Below are positions 12,001 through 27,000 of a DNA stretch of 64,000 bases, one piece after another; positions within the stretch are counted from its first letter, which is position 1, and every line of letters begins with the position of its first letter. The notes below the pieces were generated by a model, which was not told where the DNA came from, did not search any database, and saw only the letters and a program-made list of their open reading frames with translations. This DNA is from Pocillopora damicornis (Eukaryota). Position numbers and translations under genes: made by a program. The stretch covers positions 186,001 through 250,000 of the forward strand of contig NW_020844115.1 of NCBI RefSeq assembly GCF_003704095.1, read 5' to 3'.

Positions 12001-15000
12001 GCACGCTATGAGCGGGCCAGATGGGAGTATACCTCCCGCTCTCGGGATCAATCAGGTAACAGAATTTTTAGAATACCACCCGCTCACGTATCGAGAAAAA
12101 ATAATAAAGTGTGCTCTTCAAATAGGGGTTACTGGATTTTGATAAAATAGACCAAAAGCGGTTGTTTGGATGTAAATTTCACGTCAGCACGGAGTATGAA
12201 ATAAGTTGCTCAAGAATGTTATTACAGTTCTTGGAAGTCGAGTAATTTCTTTCAGGAATTATGCTCAGAAGTGGTTGGTCATCGTGGCCATTAGGCCTTA
12301 CAATACCCTTAATTTGGACTTTGTCCAAACCAGAAAAAATGAACAAGTGGATCCTTTCTGCGAATCTCCCATGGGAACACAAGCTGCAGAGGTCGCTCAG
12401 TGGTGTGTCCGTTGTGCGGACAGTACTACACCCTTTACAATTCTTTCCTCGCCTTGAAGGAGGCGCAGCAGTGTCCCTTTCCTCCATTCTCCACGGTTCT
12501 TTCCGTCACTGACAATAAGAACAAGCCTCCCTTACTGTAGGTGTGGCTCCCACCTTCTAGTTTAGACGTTGCTTTCCATTAGGCCATGGATATACTCTCT
12601 CTTCCATCGCTTCCATGCTTTAGCAGTTTCTGATCTCTGCTTCATCTTCGTCATCTTCGTCATCTTCTCTTGATCGTTCTCAATGTCTTCTTATGGATAG
12701 GCATCTCGCCCCCATATGATTACATTCGGCGTAAGAACCTCTTCGTCTCCCCCATCTCAACGTGTGTCTGGGGACAATTATTTAGATTTCACTCACTCTC
12801 AATGGGAAATGATTTAAAGGCTTTGTAGGAAAGGTGGGACATTCCATGGGTCTTGTGAAGGGCCCTTTAACCTCCCCGCCGAGGGGATCTCGCCTGATTG
12901 AATTTGCAACAAACTTCGAGACTTGCCAGATAGTTCTACCACTTCTCGATTTTCTGTATAGTTTTGATCCAACCTGATGTAGTCTTGAAAACTGCAGCAT
13001 TGTCTGAGATAATGACGAGGCGCTTCGTTCTACGCGAGATGAAAGCTTTAAGCTTCCTCTGGAACTTGTCTGCTTTCTGAGACTGTTCTCTGGCAGGTCA
13101 CTTGTTGGTGGCGTTCCATACGGTCTTGTGGAGAATACTTTTAAACATAGTGCATCTCTTGATCGTCTTCTTGACTTTTGCTCTCAACCTCGTAATCCAC
13201 CAGCTCTCCGTTACACTTTCTGTGGTACTAGAAATGCATTATCTAATTATGTACATGGCCAATTAGCTTGCCAGCAAAAAGTCCCCCTGGAAGGTACGTT
13301 GGCTTGTACTTCTTGTTTCTCCCTTCACACTTGATGATGTCTGTCTGTTAATCTTCTACTAATTTCCACCCTCGAGATTGCAAACTCGCTTGGTCTGCAT
13401 TCTGGACTCGCCTCACCCATCAGTTTTGTACCGCAGCTATTTCATCGGTTACCAATGGACCTGAGCTCCTCTTCAGCTTGTTTCTCCTCAAGTTACTGAT
13501 TACCATCGACGTCCAGGCTGTCATCTTCATGGTTCTCCAGGAAGCGCCCCTCTCCAAAAATGCATCCCATTATCTGGCTTTCGCTCTTGTATGTGAGGGT
13601 TCTCCTCTAGGATAGATTTGCACTCTTTAAGGCCGCTCTGGTGCCTTTTAACTCAGGTTTATTTAACCACTTTGTTCCATTCAACAACCAATCAGTGCTG
13701 GTGAACCAGTCCTCTCTCTCCATTTATTCAGTTTTTTCTCCTCTGATTGCAAAGTCAGTCAGATTCATGTCTGTTGGAAAGCACTTTCAGTTAACTTAGA
13801 GCTCACCAGTTGTTGCCTCGATCTTCTTCCCTCTGTTGACCACAAACACCTTCCAACGCTTTGCACTATTGCTCATCCGATATAAGGCAACCATGCTGTC
13901 CATAGTGAAGACTTGATGTGCCAACGCAGCAGTGCACCACGCTGGTTCTTTGCCATATTCGCTGCCATATGACCGCTGACAAGTTCCGGTCTTGGCATAG
14001 AAGTATTCTTTCAAGATATTCGTGACTTCGAAGACAGAAGACACTTAACTACAGCCTTTTCAACAAAGAGAAAAAGGCTTTCACTTGCAGGTTGTTTACA
14101 AGGAGTGTGAATTTTTTTCAGTTGGGTTGTACTATGTCGTAAAATTTAGGTTGTTCACTTGAAAATGTTATTTAATCTGGGAAAGCACGGTTAATAGTGA
14201 CAAGTAAACACGCAATTTAATCTTCTGTTGCACAGTACTTCAAGGACGTAAACGGAATTTTTCCCTATCGAAATCAAATGTATCGGTTTTCCCACTTTTC
14301 GGGGCGCCGCAGCTCGCCAAAGTGAAAGTGAATTCTAGAAACGTTTGCTGCTTGACCGCAATCATGGCTCCTAGGTCTGCAGATATCAATTCAGTCGAAG
14401 AATTTATAGAGGATTATGCAACGAAAACACAAAAAAGAAAATTCTACAAAATGTTGCTTCGCTTAATGTACATGGCAAGACTCAAAGAAGAAATTCCCAA
14501 AAAAATTTCAAAGCAGAGCCAATCATTTCGTAGTATCTGAACAACAGCAGAATTTCCCTTATTTTGAGTGGACTGACGACAGGGAGCTAAAAAAATACAA
14601 TACCTTTCGAGTTGCAGAATGCTGGACTGAAATTCATTCACCTCGCTCAAAGGCAGATAATCAACACAGCTGTCGTTTTTTGAGGGCGCACTCATCGAGG
14701 GGCAGCTAAGCTCATTAACTAACAACCTGAGTCAAGCCTCGACGCTGCAAATCCAGCGAACTAAAGAGGAATCTTTCCTAAAACGCTAAAAAAGACTTAA
14801 ATCTAACTCTTATTGGGAAGCATCTTGATCGTATTTGCGATTTGTGATACGTACGCGTTCAAAAAAATTGTTATTAAAAAATAAAGCTGATAATTAACTT
14901 TAGCTTCTTCTGAACTTTCAGCGGCTTCCAAAATGGAAATTTCCAGTGCGTGCCATTTTTGTATCATTCTAAAAGAATAATTGTTTAACGTAAGTTTGAA

Positions 15001-18000
15001 TAAAACTTTAGTGTTGATTCAGTTTGTTTGAAATAACGGCGTCCATCATGTATCTTGATGTGGTGTGTTGATTTCGCTAAACGATATTCATGATCAAATT
15101 TTTGCATTTTGTTTTATAATAAATTTCGGATGTAACTAGTGTTCTCATTGTTGAAAGAGCGTTTTTTATCAGAGTACAAAACACGGAGCTAAAGCTGTCA
15201 CGCCATCTTCCAATTTGTACAATTTCCGACCATTGCCCGGATTCCTCTCTGTTTTTTTTTTCGTTAATTGAACCACAAGTCTGACATGACTTGTAAAAGC
15301 AATATGAGAGCAAGCTCTTGGCCTCAACGGATACAGAAAAACCTGTAGGTAACAGAACAAATTTCATGGAGATAGGAAGTGAAATTTTGGAACAAGCTGA
15401 CCAGCAATTAGCAAGAGAAGATAGGTTTTAAACATGCGAAATTACAACGTGAGCAGAGACAATAATCACCAAAATGGATAAAATGGACTGTCCGAGTTTT
15501 GAAGGAAGTAATGCAAGATAATTAAACGGATTCTTTATAAAAAAAAAACAAATGAAGAAGTCTTGACTGTGCTCTGTTCTGTTGTAAGACTTTTAAAGCA
15601 AAAAGGAGGCAGCTAGAGCACTCAAAAAGTTGGGAGAAAAACTGTATTGCGTCTCGTGTTTTCCCCTACACTTCTTTCGTGCTCTAGCTGCTTCCTGTGT
15701 ACTTTACAACAAAACAGAGCACATATAGAAAAAAAAATTACTTCATGCTAAGTTTGCTTGTACCACATTATTCACTCGTTGCAAAGAAGAAAACACACTC
15801 GCTCGTTCCTCCCTCGTTCGTTTTTTCTTCACAAATCGTGGGTATAAATCATCGACGCGAACTAACCATTAAGTAATTTATAAATGGCTAAGCCCCACCG
15901 ACGCCAGCAAATTTAGTTTTCATTTCAGAGCCATAATTCGTACCGCGTTTAAGTATTCGGAAAGAACTTTATGCTTTTTTATTTATTTCTTTTTTTTTTT
16001 GTTTTTTTTCTTTCATTTCAATAATTCTTGCTTAAAGAGTCTCTCTCCATTCATTTTATCACAGTTCTCAGCTATGTCAAAGTAATAGGTCTTTTTAGCT
16101 ATGTGGTCACGTGGTTTGAAACGAGTAAGCAAAAGAATGCAAAATGACTGTTAGGTATATAACGCAGGTGACACCTTATGGACGAAATTCCTTCCTCTCT
16201 TTTTAATAAAAAATTCATATTCACAGAAAGATCAGCAGCACTCAAAAGACTGCGGTTATATAGAAATCGGCGATAACCGAAATGGAATCATTAACTAAGA
16301 TCATAAACAACCTCGAGTTGGATAAACAAACTTGTGAGCACATGATCTTTAAAGATCGCAAAAATACACGAAACGGGCACAAAAGGGAAGCAATTGTATC
16401 ACACCAAGAAATTTTTGACGATTTTGTGATTTCAAGTCAGAATGAAGTTATATTTTGTCGAAAACTATACAGTTTTTTTGTTTTGCGCTAATTAGTTCGC
16501 TCTTGATCGGCAGCCGGTCAAGATTCTCAAACGACTGAATAATCGGCAATCGGATATTTTTTTGAAAATTTAACAAATTTATAGAAGCTACACCATCCAA
16601 AGAATTACATGTTAATGAAGAACCGATAAGCAATCTCGAAGTAATTTTATCTCATGTCTTCAATCTCGAGCCCAGGGTCATTTTGGCTCCTTGTCAGCGG
16701 TATTGTCGCCAAATAATGTCCTCTGGGATAATCAAATTTTTATCCCAGAAATCGCAGGATTCCGGTTTTAACTGCGCATGTCTACACTGTTCAGTTTTTG
16801 CTTCCGGTTGACTTCTGTGCGTGCTCAAAATAGAGCACACGGTCCGCTACGCCAGCGGAAGAAGAAAAGAACGTAAATTACCTTTGTGCACGTGAACTAA
16901 CATTAACAGCTGAAAACTGTTTGAAACACTATTTCATTTTGAAATAGCTTTTTACGGACCATAAAAACATGAATAGGTGCCATCCGCTTTCAATCTCCGA
17001 GTTCGTTTTTCTGCAAACTTGAAATCCTCGTCTTCGAAATGTTCAGACCACACTTTGCTACCAAATATTACACTTAGGTCTTTATTTGATCTTATTTCAT
17101 TCTAAAAGTCGATATCTGTTTTAAAATACATTAAAAAACCATAACGACATTCAAAAATCAAGATTAGACGAAATTTTGTTTTTAACCATTTACTAATGCT
17201 ATTTACTGTGTTTCTATTGTTCCGGTCAGACTCCTTCATGGAAACAACCTACAACTTATTCCTTATCGAGCCTTCTTTGCCATGGATGCCTTGAGGATAA
17301 TGTAGGTACACTCTAATACACACACTTTTCGAATGATTTATTGTAAGAGACTGGTGCAATCGACTTTGTGTAATTTTTTTTTATTCCTTCGATTTTATGC
17401 CTTGACGCTTCTTTAGACGAAGCACATAGACAGGATCTGAGAATACAAGCTACATTCAATTGTAAATAGCCGGCCGTTGTGGCTCACTCACCTCTGATAA
17501 TTGCACACAACTTACCACTTTGGCCAATTCCCAATATTTTTCACACTATTTTTATTAATTGGCGCATGAACAACTTAATCAACCGGTTTTTGTTTGAATA
17601 TTTTGAAAATGTTCTATCAGGTAAGAGTGCCGTAATTTGAAGTGCACGATGATATAGCTACTATGACGGGAATGATACGACAAACACGACGATATCAACG
17701 TTGGTGAATACGAATTAACTATGCTAATAGTGAGGATGATTATTATAATGCGGATAACATTGATGATAACTTCGATGACGACGAAGATAATGATGCTGAC
17801 GATGATACTGATAACGACGATGACGACAATGATGACGTCAATAACGATGACATTTTATCTTTCTATCTTTTACTTACAGAACACTAACTGATAACCCAAT
17901 AGAGACAATTGAGTCGGAGGCATTCAAGTTTTATGGACCTAGTATCACAAATTTGTAAGGGATCTTATCTATTTACTCACCGAGTAAAACCTTGACACCT

Positions 18001-21000
18001 CTCCTCTCTCAGAAATGGTACCCCCGAGTAAAGCTACCGGTAAAATGGTAAAGGATGTCGCATCTGTGGTTTTAAACACATTCTTTAATGTTTGAAAACA
18101 TACGCAAGGGAGGGGGGACAGTCAACCTCTCACGGGAGATCTGCTAATACTGGAAGTCAGTGGAGCTATATATCAGAGAATTTACGGAGTCTGCAGCCGA
18201 ACTCAGGTGATGTGCTGTTGTTCGTGTGGCGGAGGAAGCTATCAACAGTATACAAATCTGTGTTGCAGTGTATATTGTTCGACAATCTGTGCACCAATTA
18301 TCGATCAAATCATTGAATCTACCCGAGCAACCTATTGGTATTTTGTTAGTGGAAGTGTTATTCATGGTCCAGAATCAGGTCCTATTCACCTGTGGAAGTT
18401 CCACTGCCAGGACAAGAAGACTCCACAGTTAATCGTTCTGAAACTCATGTACCGGAGATCTCGAACTGTGCCCTAGAAGAAAGACATTACTCACCTGAAA
18501 GGGAAATCACGCAATTATCGGACTTAGAAACTCCGGGAATAAAGAATGACGAGCCAACAGTCTGTGAGAACTTCGTTGAAGTTATCATGGACAACTTTCA
18601 GTTGAGTAGGATGAGACTGGAATAATTGTTGCGACGGCTGAGGTCAAAACCAGAAGTCATCAAGCGCTATGATGACGTCATTCACGAGCAACTTCACACG
18701 GGCAAAATTAAGCCAGTGAGCATGGAGGAACAGCCAGAAGTAAGAAAGGTCCGCCATCTTCCCTACAGAGAAATTACCAGACTTGAAAAAGACACTGCAA
18801 AGCTTCGTGCAGTCTATGATGCATCTGATAAAAAATTTGGATTAATCCTCAATGATAAGGTTCGATGTATGCTGTGAAAAGCAGGCAAACTATATGAAAT
18901 GTCATCTCTCACTGCGCTATATGCAAGGAGCTTGAAGGAAGACCATACAGTACTCCGGATCTCCGCAGCCTCAGCTCCCAGATTTCACAGTTTCCGACGA
19001 ACTAGTTTTCACTCAAGTTGGTCTCGATTTTGCTGGTCCAGTCTATTTTAGAAATATGTATTCTAACAAAAGCAGAGTCTTCAAAGCATTCATTGCAATA
19101 TTTACCCGTGCATCTCCTCGGATGGTGCATCTCGAGCTCGGTCCCGACCGGTCAACAGAAACTCCCCTTGAGTGCCTATGGTGTTCCATTTCAGGAGGGG
19201 AGTTACCACCTATGATCTCCGATAGTGGGAAAACATTCAGAGGTTCAAGTTCAAAGGCTTTTCTTTTCTGACATATTCCATAAGTTCAACGTCCCTTGCG
19301 CGGTTGGTACGCTCTGTGAAACGCTACCTCAAGAAAAACCTTGGTAAACACGTGTCATTTACGAAGAATTTTTTTATTTCTCCATAAGTGACACTTACGT
19401 TTGTAAGTACGTAGGCTAAAAGACGCTTATGGTTCAAGATAAAGGAATACTCGACCCTCCACCTGTCTTCTATCAATGAGGAACTTAGGGTATCTTTCTG
19501 AACTTTTTTATTATAATTTGGGCAAGAAGACAACTCAATCTCTTGTGATTAAGCAAGGAGGCGTTTGTATCGTCTTCGATAACTCGGAGAAACACAAGAA
19601 GGCCAAACGAAACGACGAAAATAAGCCTAATATCACACTCGAACTGATTTTAATCAAAGATAAATCGAACACACTAAACAACTCATTTATATACACACGA
19701 AGTATTCTTATAACTCATTTAGCTCACACGAAATATCGTTACATCCTCCTTAACGAAAACATTTTGCAACCGTCGTCAAGTCATTTAGTCAGTTCATTAA
19801 GAGTCACATCTGCCCGGTCTCTTTTCCACTCGTTCACTTCTGGTGACAGTAACAGGGGCTGCTGGTGCACTGCGAAAGACTTCAGTAGCAGGGGCTGAAA
19901 CTTTGTTACTAGACTTTTCAGGTACTCGTGATCTTGGTTGTATAGCTTCCTAGCTAGGTCATTCTTGAAATGTCGACGGAGGCTCTGGATGTGGTGTCAC
20001 TGTGGAACCTCAAAATAGGGCTTAGGGGAATCATTGAAAATCTCAACGGGGGGTACTGTCCGGAATAGCTCTCGAGACAACCTCAAATGTCTTCGGTTCC
20101 TGCTGTAGATGCGTCCATCCTTTGTTTGAACTTCCCATGACCTTATTCCAACCTTTTTTATCAACAGCTGCTTTAGCCCATCCAGCTGACATAATAATCT
20201 CTCATTGGTTGGAAGCACGTTCACCGTTGCTCCACTGTCCAACTGAAACTGGCTATCATGCCCATTGGCAACCATCTTTGCAGACAACTTTCAACAACTT
20301 GAATTCCCAATGTCTCGGAACTCTACGCTCACGGTCAAAAGGTATTCTTCAGAAGAGGAATCTCCCTGCATTACATTTACAGACTTTTTCTACTTTCTGT
20401 TCCTCAAAGGTTTGGATGGTTTTGTACACTGTTTTGCACACTTGACTGCAAAGTGACTTTCCTCGCCACACTTCTTGCAACTGTTTCCCTTAGCAGGACA
20501 CTCCAGATTACTTCTCCCGTGTTTACTTCCATAGAAATTAGAAAGTATTACAGATCTAGATTTACCAGCCTTTGATGGGTTTTCTCCTCTGAGAATTTGC
20601 CAGTTTGCTTGCGATCTGCAACAAACTTGAGGTCCTCCTGTTTGCCCATCGCCTGTGGCTGAACTGAAGTCGCTTCGCTGGAAAGACAAATATCGATGCA
20701 TTTGTTAAGTGTGAGTTTCGATTCTTGTAACAGCCGCTTACGTGTGCCATTGTCCTTTGTTCCGACTACAATTCTGTCGCGAATAAGACCATCCACGAAT
20801 GAACCGTAATTACATGTTTCTGCCAAAATACGAAGTGCTGCAACATATGAATCAATCGAAATCTTGTCTGTTTCTCCAAAACAAAACGCGCCTTTATTTT
20901 TCGCAGTACCACATCAATTTCCTTGCTTTCCTCTTCATTTTCCAAATTCAAACCAACGAAAATTTCGGACGCGTCCGCCCCCAAACACTTAAGTAACGAA

Positions 21001-24000
21001 GCATTCCTCTCCTCCTTTGGTTGCTTTATTGGAAGAGATGCAATTTCCTAATTAGACCATACGCGCCGAAAGCGTTTTCAATTCCATGCCAAGCTTCGCT
21101 TACTTTCGAGTTTCGAAGGGAACGATATATTCTGCAAAACAGCCGTGCTTACCTCAGCCAACCCTCCCTCGCCGCCCAGCATACTCCTCCACGTGGAACT
21201 TCGGACAACCAATTCGAAGAATAAATGAACACGCACCGACCAGCAGGCTACTAATACGCAGGTCACAACCATTCCTGACACCATGGAGAAACACCAAAGA
21301 TGACTCGAACACACTAAAAACTCATTTATATATACACAAAATATCTTTATACCTCATTTAGCTTATACAAAATATCGTAACAGCGTTGATAATGCGCCTC
21401 GAAAAAAGGGAAGTCGGGTACAGTTCAAGAATTGATCCATGGAAGAGATCACCTTGTCCGTGCAGCCATTGTTGGGTTGATTTCTAAAGGAGAGGAGACT
21501 GAAATCAAACGTCCAGTACTGAGGCTTTATCCAGTCGAAGTCTCAAATGAGCAACACGATGGGGGGTCACAAGGAAGTTGCGGGTTCCGCTCAGTCAGCC
21601 GTCAGATTTGTTCCCGACGATCAAGTTGAAATCGTTTGTTCTCAGCGAATTATGTCATTAAAAATTGAACTTTGTCATTCATGGGTTTATCCAGAGGTAT
21701 TTAATTGACTAGGTAAATCAAAGGGGTGGGGTAGAGTGTCATAATAGGATTTTGGACGCAATTTGTTCTCTTCTTTCATCGTATCATGTGAATTCTCAGA
21801 TTGTAATCTCGCAATTTACACCTGTTTCTTGTATCTGTCGTCCAGAATAAAGTCTAAATACAGCTCGAAAAAAGTGTTAACTCTCTATCGCACAGAAGAA
21901 TAAGTTTTGGAAGTTCTAGGAATATTCTAACTTCTTACAGCAATAACACATGAAATTAAAGAGGTGGAAGAAGAGCGAAATCGTGATTAAAATGGCATGT
22001 CTTACAGCCAACTGGTAACTATTGTGCAAAGAGCCCTTAGCTGTTATGAAAGTTACCAGATGTTCATGTTGGGGTCGTTTGTCTATTGCTCACTCACTCT
22101 TAGGGGTCATGGCCCTCTTCTCTTTTCGTTTGATCCTCCAGTACTTCCTGTCGTTCCCTATTGACTTAATACCTTCATTGAAATTAACACTATACATTAA
22201 GGTTGACCAAAATGATTTGGTAGGTGACATGTACATTTTCCCTTGGGGGCAAATTGATTATTTTTTTCATCACGCCTATGAGTCTTAAAGCACACGTAGC
22301 TTTCCCTTAGAATTTTCAGGACCTATCGACCAGCTCTCACCAATTTTTTTTAGCTAAAAAAGATTACGTTGGGAATGAAAAGCATGTTTAGCTACAATTT
22401 TCTTGAAAAAATGCGTCGTCATAATGGCCCCTTTTGTACGATCTAAGGTTCTAAAATTTGTTTCCACCAACCTACTCATCTTTTTCGTTGTGTTGTTGCA
22501 GATTTCTTCTCCGAACGAATTTGAAAACATTCCTCTCTGCCTCCCTCGCGAATTTCAGGGCTACCAATTTTGAGCTGTAAAGTATCCAATTAATTCATGT
22601 ATCAGTCGTGATGAACCCATACTTTAAGATGTCGGCCGGTTAGAACTAATAAACCACTTAAAATCAATATGTCATTCAAAGTGATTTTCAAGCACAGTCA
22701 TCCTCCAAATGTCTTTTGTGAATTAACCCGAAATGTAACAGGGGTGATCATATTGTTAATCTACCTTCTATTGCATATCTGTTTTAGTAATTTGTGGCAA
22801 AGAACTCCTCGGATTGTAACTTACCACCGTGAAAACAGGATCGTCCTGAAAGTACATATGTTAGTATTTCCCTTTTTCGATTATAAAAATGAGGCTAAAA
22901 AGCATTTGTACGAGAAATCAATATGTCCAATGCTTTCAATGAATTTTTTGAGAGCGTTTCATTTAAAACGCGACCGCTCAAATATAGCGTAGCTCAAAAA
23001 AAAATTCACTAGTGATACGTTTTGTAAATTGAAAGTCAAAGGTGCGTGCATTATGTGGATGAAAGGTTTTTGAAATATTCTGGAGAATGTTTTTTTTCTC
23101 CCAGCAATTGCTTATCAAGTTATGTTTGTGATGTGTAGTTAAATAACCTTGACGTTAAAATCCTTGGAGTCTACATTAAAGTGAGTAAAACTATCGACTT
23201 GGTGAGTCATGAAAGCAAAAGTTATCTGATCACTCTGACCACTCTTTAGTGATTCAACTGTTCCTTAATTATGCAGTAGGAAGGGGTGCACGTAAGGGCT
23301 CCTTATGCACTCGCATCTCTCGATCGCATTGTTTTCTTAGCGGTTTTGGACTAATTAACTTTGATGGTCAATTTCATTCTAAGGAATCCCTTGGACTCAA
23401 ACCGAGAAGTTATTAAGTTTTCCGATAAAGATGATAAAGTCCTGGGGGTTGCTTTGCTACGCATGGGTTACACAAGAACTTCCAGTTACCCTGACTATGT
23501 ATATCGAACGTGTCCTCTGGGAACGTTCTCAGAAGGAAATGGGAAGTGCATGGAATGTCCTCCAGGTTTGTTATCTTGTGCCTCTTTGTTATTCAGTGAT
23601 GAATTTACAAAATAGCTCTTTAAGATCAATCCCTATCCTTAGGAAACTTTGCTACAATAGCAAGAAAGATTATTGTTAGAATAATACGTAGTAAGCACAG
23701 AATCATTGGGGACAAAATACCTCATGTCATTGAGGAAAAGATGGAATTGCCCAATTATATCCTCAACCGGTCAAGTGTTTAAAATGAGTTTTTGTTTTAC
23801 CTGAGACTTAAAATAACCTTTTCTTGGCCGAAAAAAAAGAAGAGTTGCTATTTTTAGGGTGGTAAAAAATTCCTTTACAGTTTGATTTTCAATAGCCTCA
23901 GTGTTTAACCAGTACTTTGAAGACTGGTCTATAAATCTTGCAAGACGCACATATAACCCTAAGTAGCCTTCCGCTACACTTTATACAAATGATAGTGTAA

Positions 24001-27000
24001 CGAAGACAATGGAAGCCTAAATGAATCACGTGGAAACTAGCTGCTCCTACGTTGTCACACGAACACATCAAATAATAATAATAATAATAATAAGTTCTTA
24101 TATAGCGCATTAAAATTGAACTCTATGCGCTTAAAAAAGATTATCAAAGATTAAGAAATCCACCTCCACAAATCACATTAACTAATACGTGACTTTGGCA
24201 AATTTTACAACATTCGTTGATCACATAAAGAATCTTTGATTGTTGGGTGGGGCATTTGAACACAATCTTGGCCCGAGGGATGGGAATTTGAACGAGCCAA
24301 TCTCCTAAATGTCAAATGCCCTATGAATTGCCCGGGAGGGGGATTTTGAAGCTTCGAATTTATCGACGCATTACCTTGCATTCCCTCAGCCGTCCCTTAC
24401 CTTACAACTTATTTCGTTTTTTACCAGGCGGTTTCTACGTTGATTCGCGTGGCTACGTTGCAGAAAGCTGTAAAAAATGTCCAAACGGATCTTATGTCTC
24501 ATTCGACAAAAAACCTGGAAAATCAATTCTAGACTGCAAGGCGTGCCCAATAGGTAAGTAATTAACACGACCACATGATGTGTTTAATCTCAATACTTAC
24601 TGTTTACTAAAATTTGTATGCAAAGAGTCGTTTCAAAAGTAGCGCTTGAAAAAATTTAAAAAACCTATGAAGCGGCTGAAGACTACTTTGAGAAAACAAA
24701 TATCATTTTGGGTATGATATCCATATACACCGCGCTTTTGCGCATAGATTTTGGGTTGTTACGGAAGGGGGAACTCCGGGTGCCTCCTTATAACTTCAAC
24801 CTTCGTAACGTTACGGTCACCAAATTCGCCTACAGTGGAGGAACGAATGAATAAATTGTATTTATCCTCATAAATGATTTCAATTTACAGTTAGTTTTAA
24901 AACTAGCTGTGTATTTAATTCACCTTATTTTCATCACACTAAACAAAAGGTAACTACTTAGCAAGTACCGAAACCTATTTTTTACCCTTGCCGGGGAACT
25001 TGCTTTAAATCAGAATAGCAATATAAAAATTTTCCGCGTTAAGCGTACCATGGTAGAGTTTCTCATTGAACATTTTTCTTTTTTATGATGTCAGCTGCCA
25101 AACTGGATCTCGAATTTTGAATAACTGAATGTGTTTCCTGTGCATTAAGTCTACGGTAACACATCTTTTCAGTGTAATGAATGCGTCTATGAGGAATTTT
25201 GTAAAAGGGAAAATAATTTGCCCGAAATAAACATCAGCGATAAGCGGAAATAGTAGTCATTTGAATAAAAATCTTCAAATCTTGCATCATACCCAGACGA
25301 AACCTAAAAGAAGGGTATGAAGGGGAAAATTCAAAATATTGGCAAAAATCCCTTCGCAATTTCGGTTATCAGGGAACGATATCATTATCGTGCATGCCTC
25401 AACAGCTTAATATGTCCACGAAAAGATTTTGAAAGGAGTCCTTAAGTTTCGATATCAAAGCCTAAATTTTAAGTCTTGAGTATGCCTCGTATTCCCCCTG
25501 TTGAGAAAAGAATAGATTTAAAACTTGCCGAACGTGCAGAGGGCAAGAGAGGAAATGAGAAGCCTTTACTATTCATTCTCTTTTCAAGTTTAGAGAAGGA
25601 GGAGACATTCTTCGTGTGAAAACAAAATCATTTTGCAGGGAATCAAGCGCCCATATAACACTTTTTTTCAGGAAGAAATTTGAATCAGAAATATAATCTC
25701 AACAACACTGACAGTTTTCTCAATTTTAACAGGAACGGAAAGTGACTTTGTTGCTGGATATCGAGCATGTCCATGTTTGGAAGGATTTTACCGAACCCAT
25801 CGATTCGCTAAATGTCTAAGATGCAAAGTAGGACTGATATGCCAAGATGACTATGCCTCATTGAAATCTGGATATTGGTGGCGGTGGCGTAACGATTCAT
25901 ACAAACATCGCTACCAGGATTTCATACAAAATCTTTTGGCGACTTCTCCAGTACTGGACAATTCTTCCATACAATACCCTTATTCGATGCCGACACCTTA
26001 CAGGTGCCAGGTAGAGAAATCTTGCAAAGGTGGCTTGGATTCACCATGTGCAAAAGGTTACGAAGGTCCAATTTGTGCCGTTTGTAGCTCAGGATATCAT
26101 AAGCAACTGGAGTTCTGCGAAAAATGTCCCTCGAAGGTTTGGATTGTGGCACAGCTTTCAATTGTTCTCGTCATTCTATCCCTACTATTCGCAATTTTGA
26201 TGCGGAAGAGAAAAACAAAGTTGGTAAAGGACGAAGGTCACTATCTGATAGACATGTTTTTTTCCAAGCTCAAAATACTAATTGGCTTTTATCAGGTCAC
26301 GCATGGCTTACTAGATGTGTTCTCGTACATCGAATGGCCAGATTCTCTGCAAGCTGTCCCCACGTACTCTGGAATACTTCAGTTGAATTTCTTTCAGATC
26401 GCACCTGTCCACTGTCTATTTTTAGGGTTGCACGTGAATGCCTTTGGAGAATTGCTCCTGATATTAACTTTGAATTTGAGTGTCATTGGCGCCTCTGGTG
26501 TATGTTACCTTATATATAAGACGGTAATCTTGAAGAGTCATAACCTTGAAGAAGACGAAAAGTCCAGGAAAATCAATCAAACAAAACAGTTGGTTTACAG
26601 AAATCTGTTTTTCTTCTTGTATGTAACGTATCTGAGTACATTTTCCAAAACAGCCAGCGTTCTATCTTTTGCTTGCCGCAAACTCTGCAGAGATGAAAAG
26701 GATGAGATGTGTGAGGAATACGCTAAAGCAGATTACAGCATAAAATGCCAAGGATCCTTATATAACCATTGGCTGATCCTGGCATACATTTCGACCGCAT
26801 ACGTCTTTGCCCTGCCTGCCGCTTCAGTTATCGTACTTTGGAGGCAACGGAGAATGTTATTTTCTTCGACAGACAGTAATAAAGACACTGGCACAGGGGT
26901 CGTTGGAGGTTTGAGATTCCTCTTTGAAAACTATAAACCCACTTTCTGGTACTGGGAACTGGTGGAGATGTCTCGCAAAGCTGTTCTAACATCTGGTCTT

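Noticed and set aside
16990-17060. THAP-like fragment (KVWSEHFEDEDF) on the minus strand
   Set aside because: Too short and degenerate to call.
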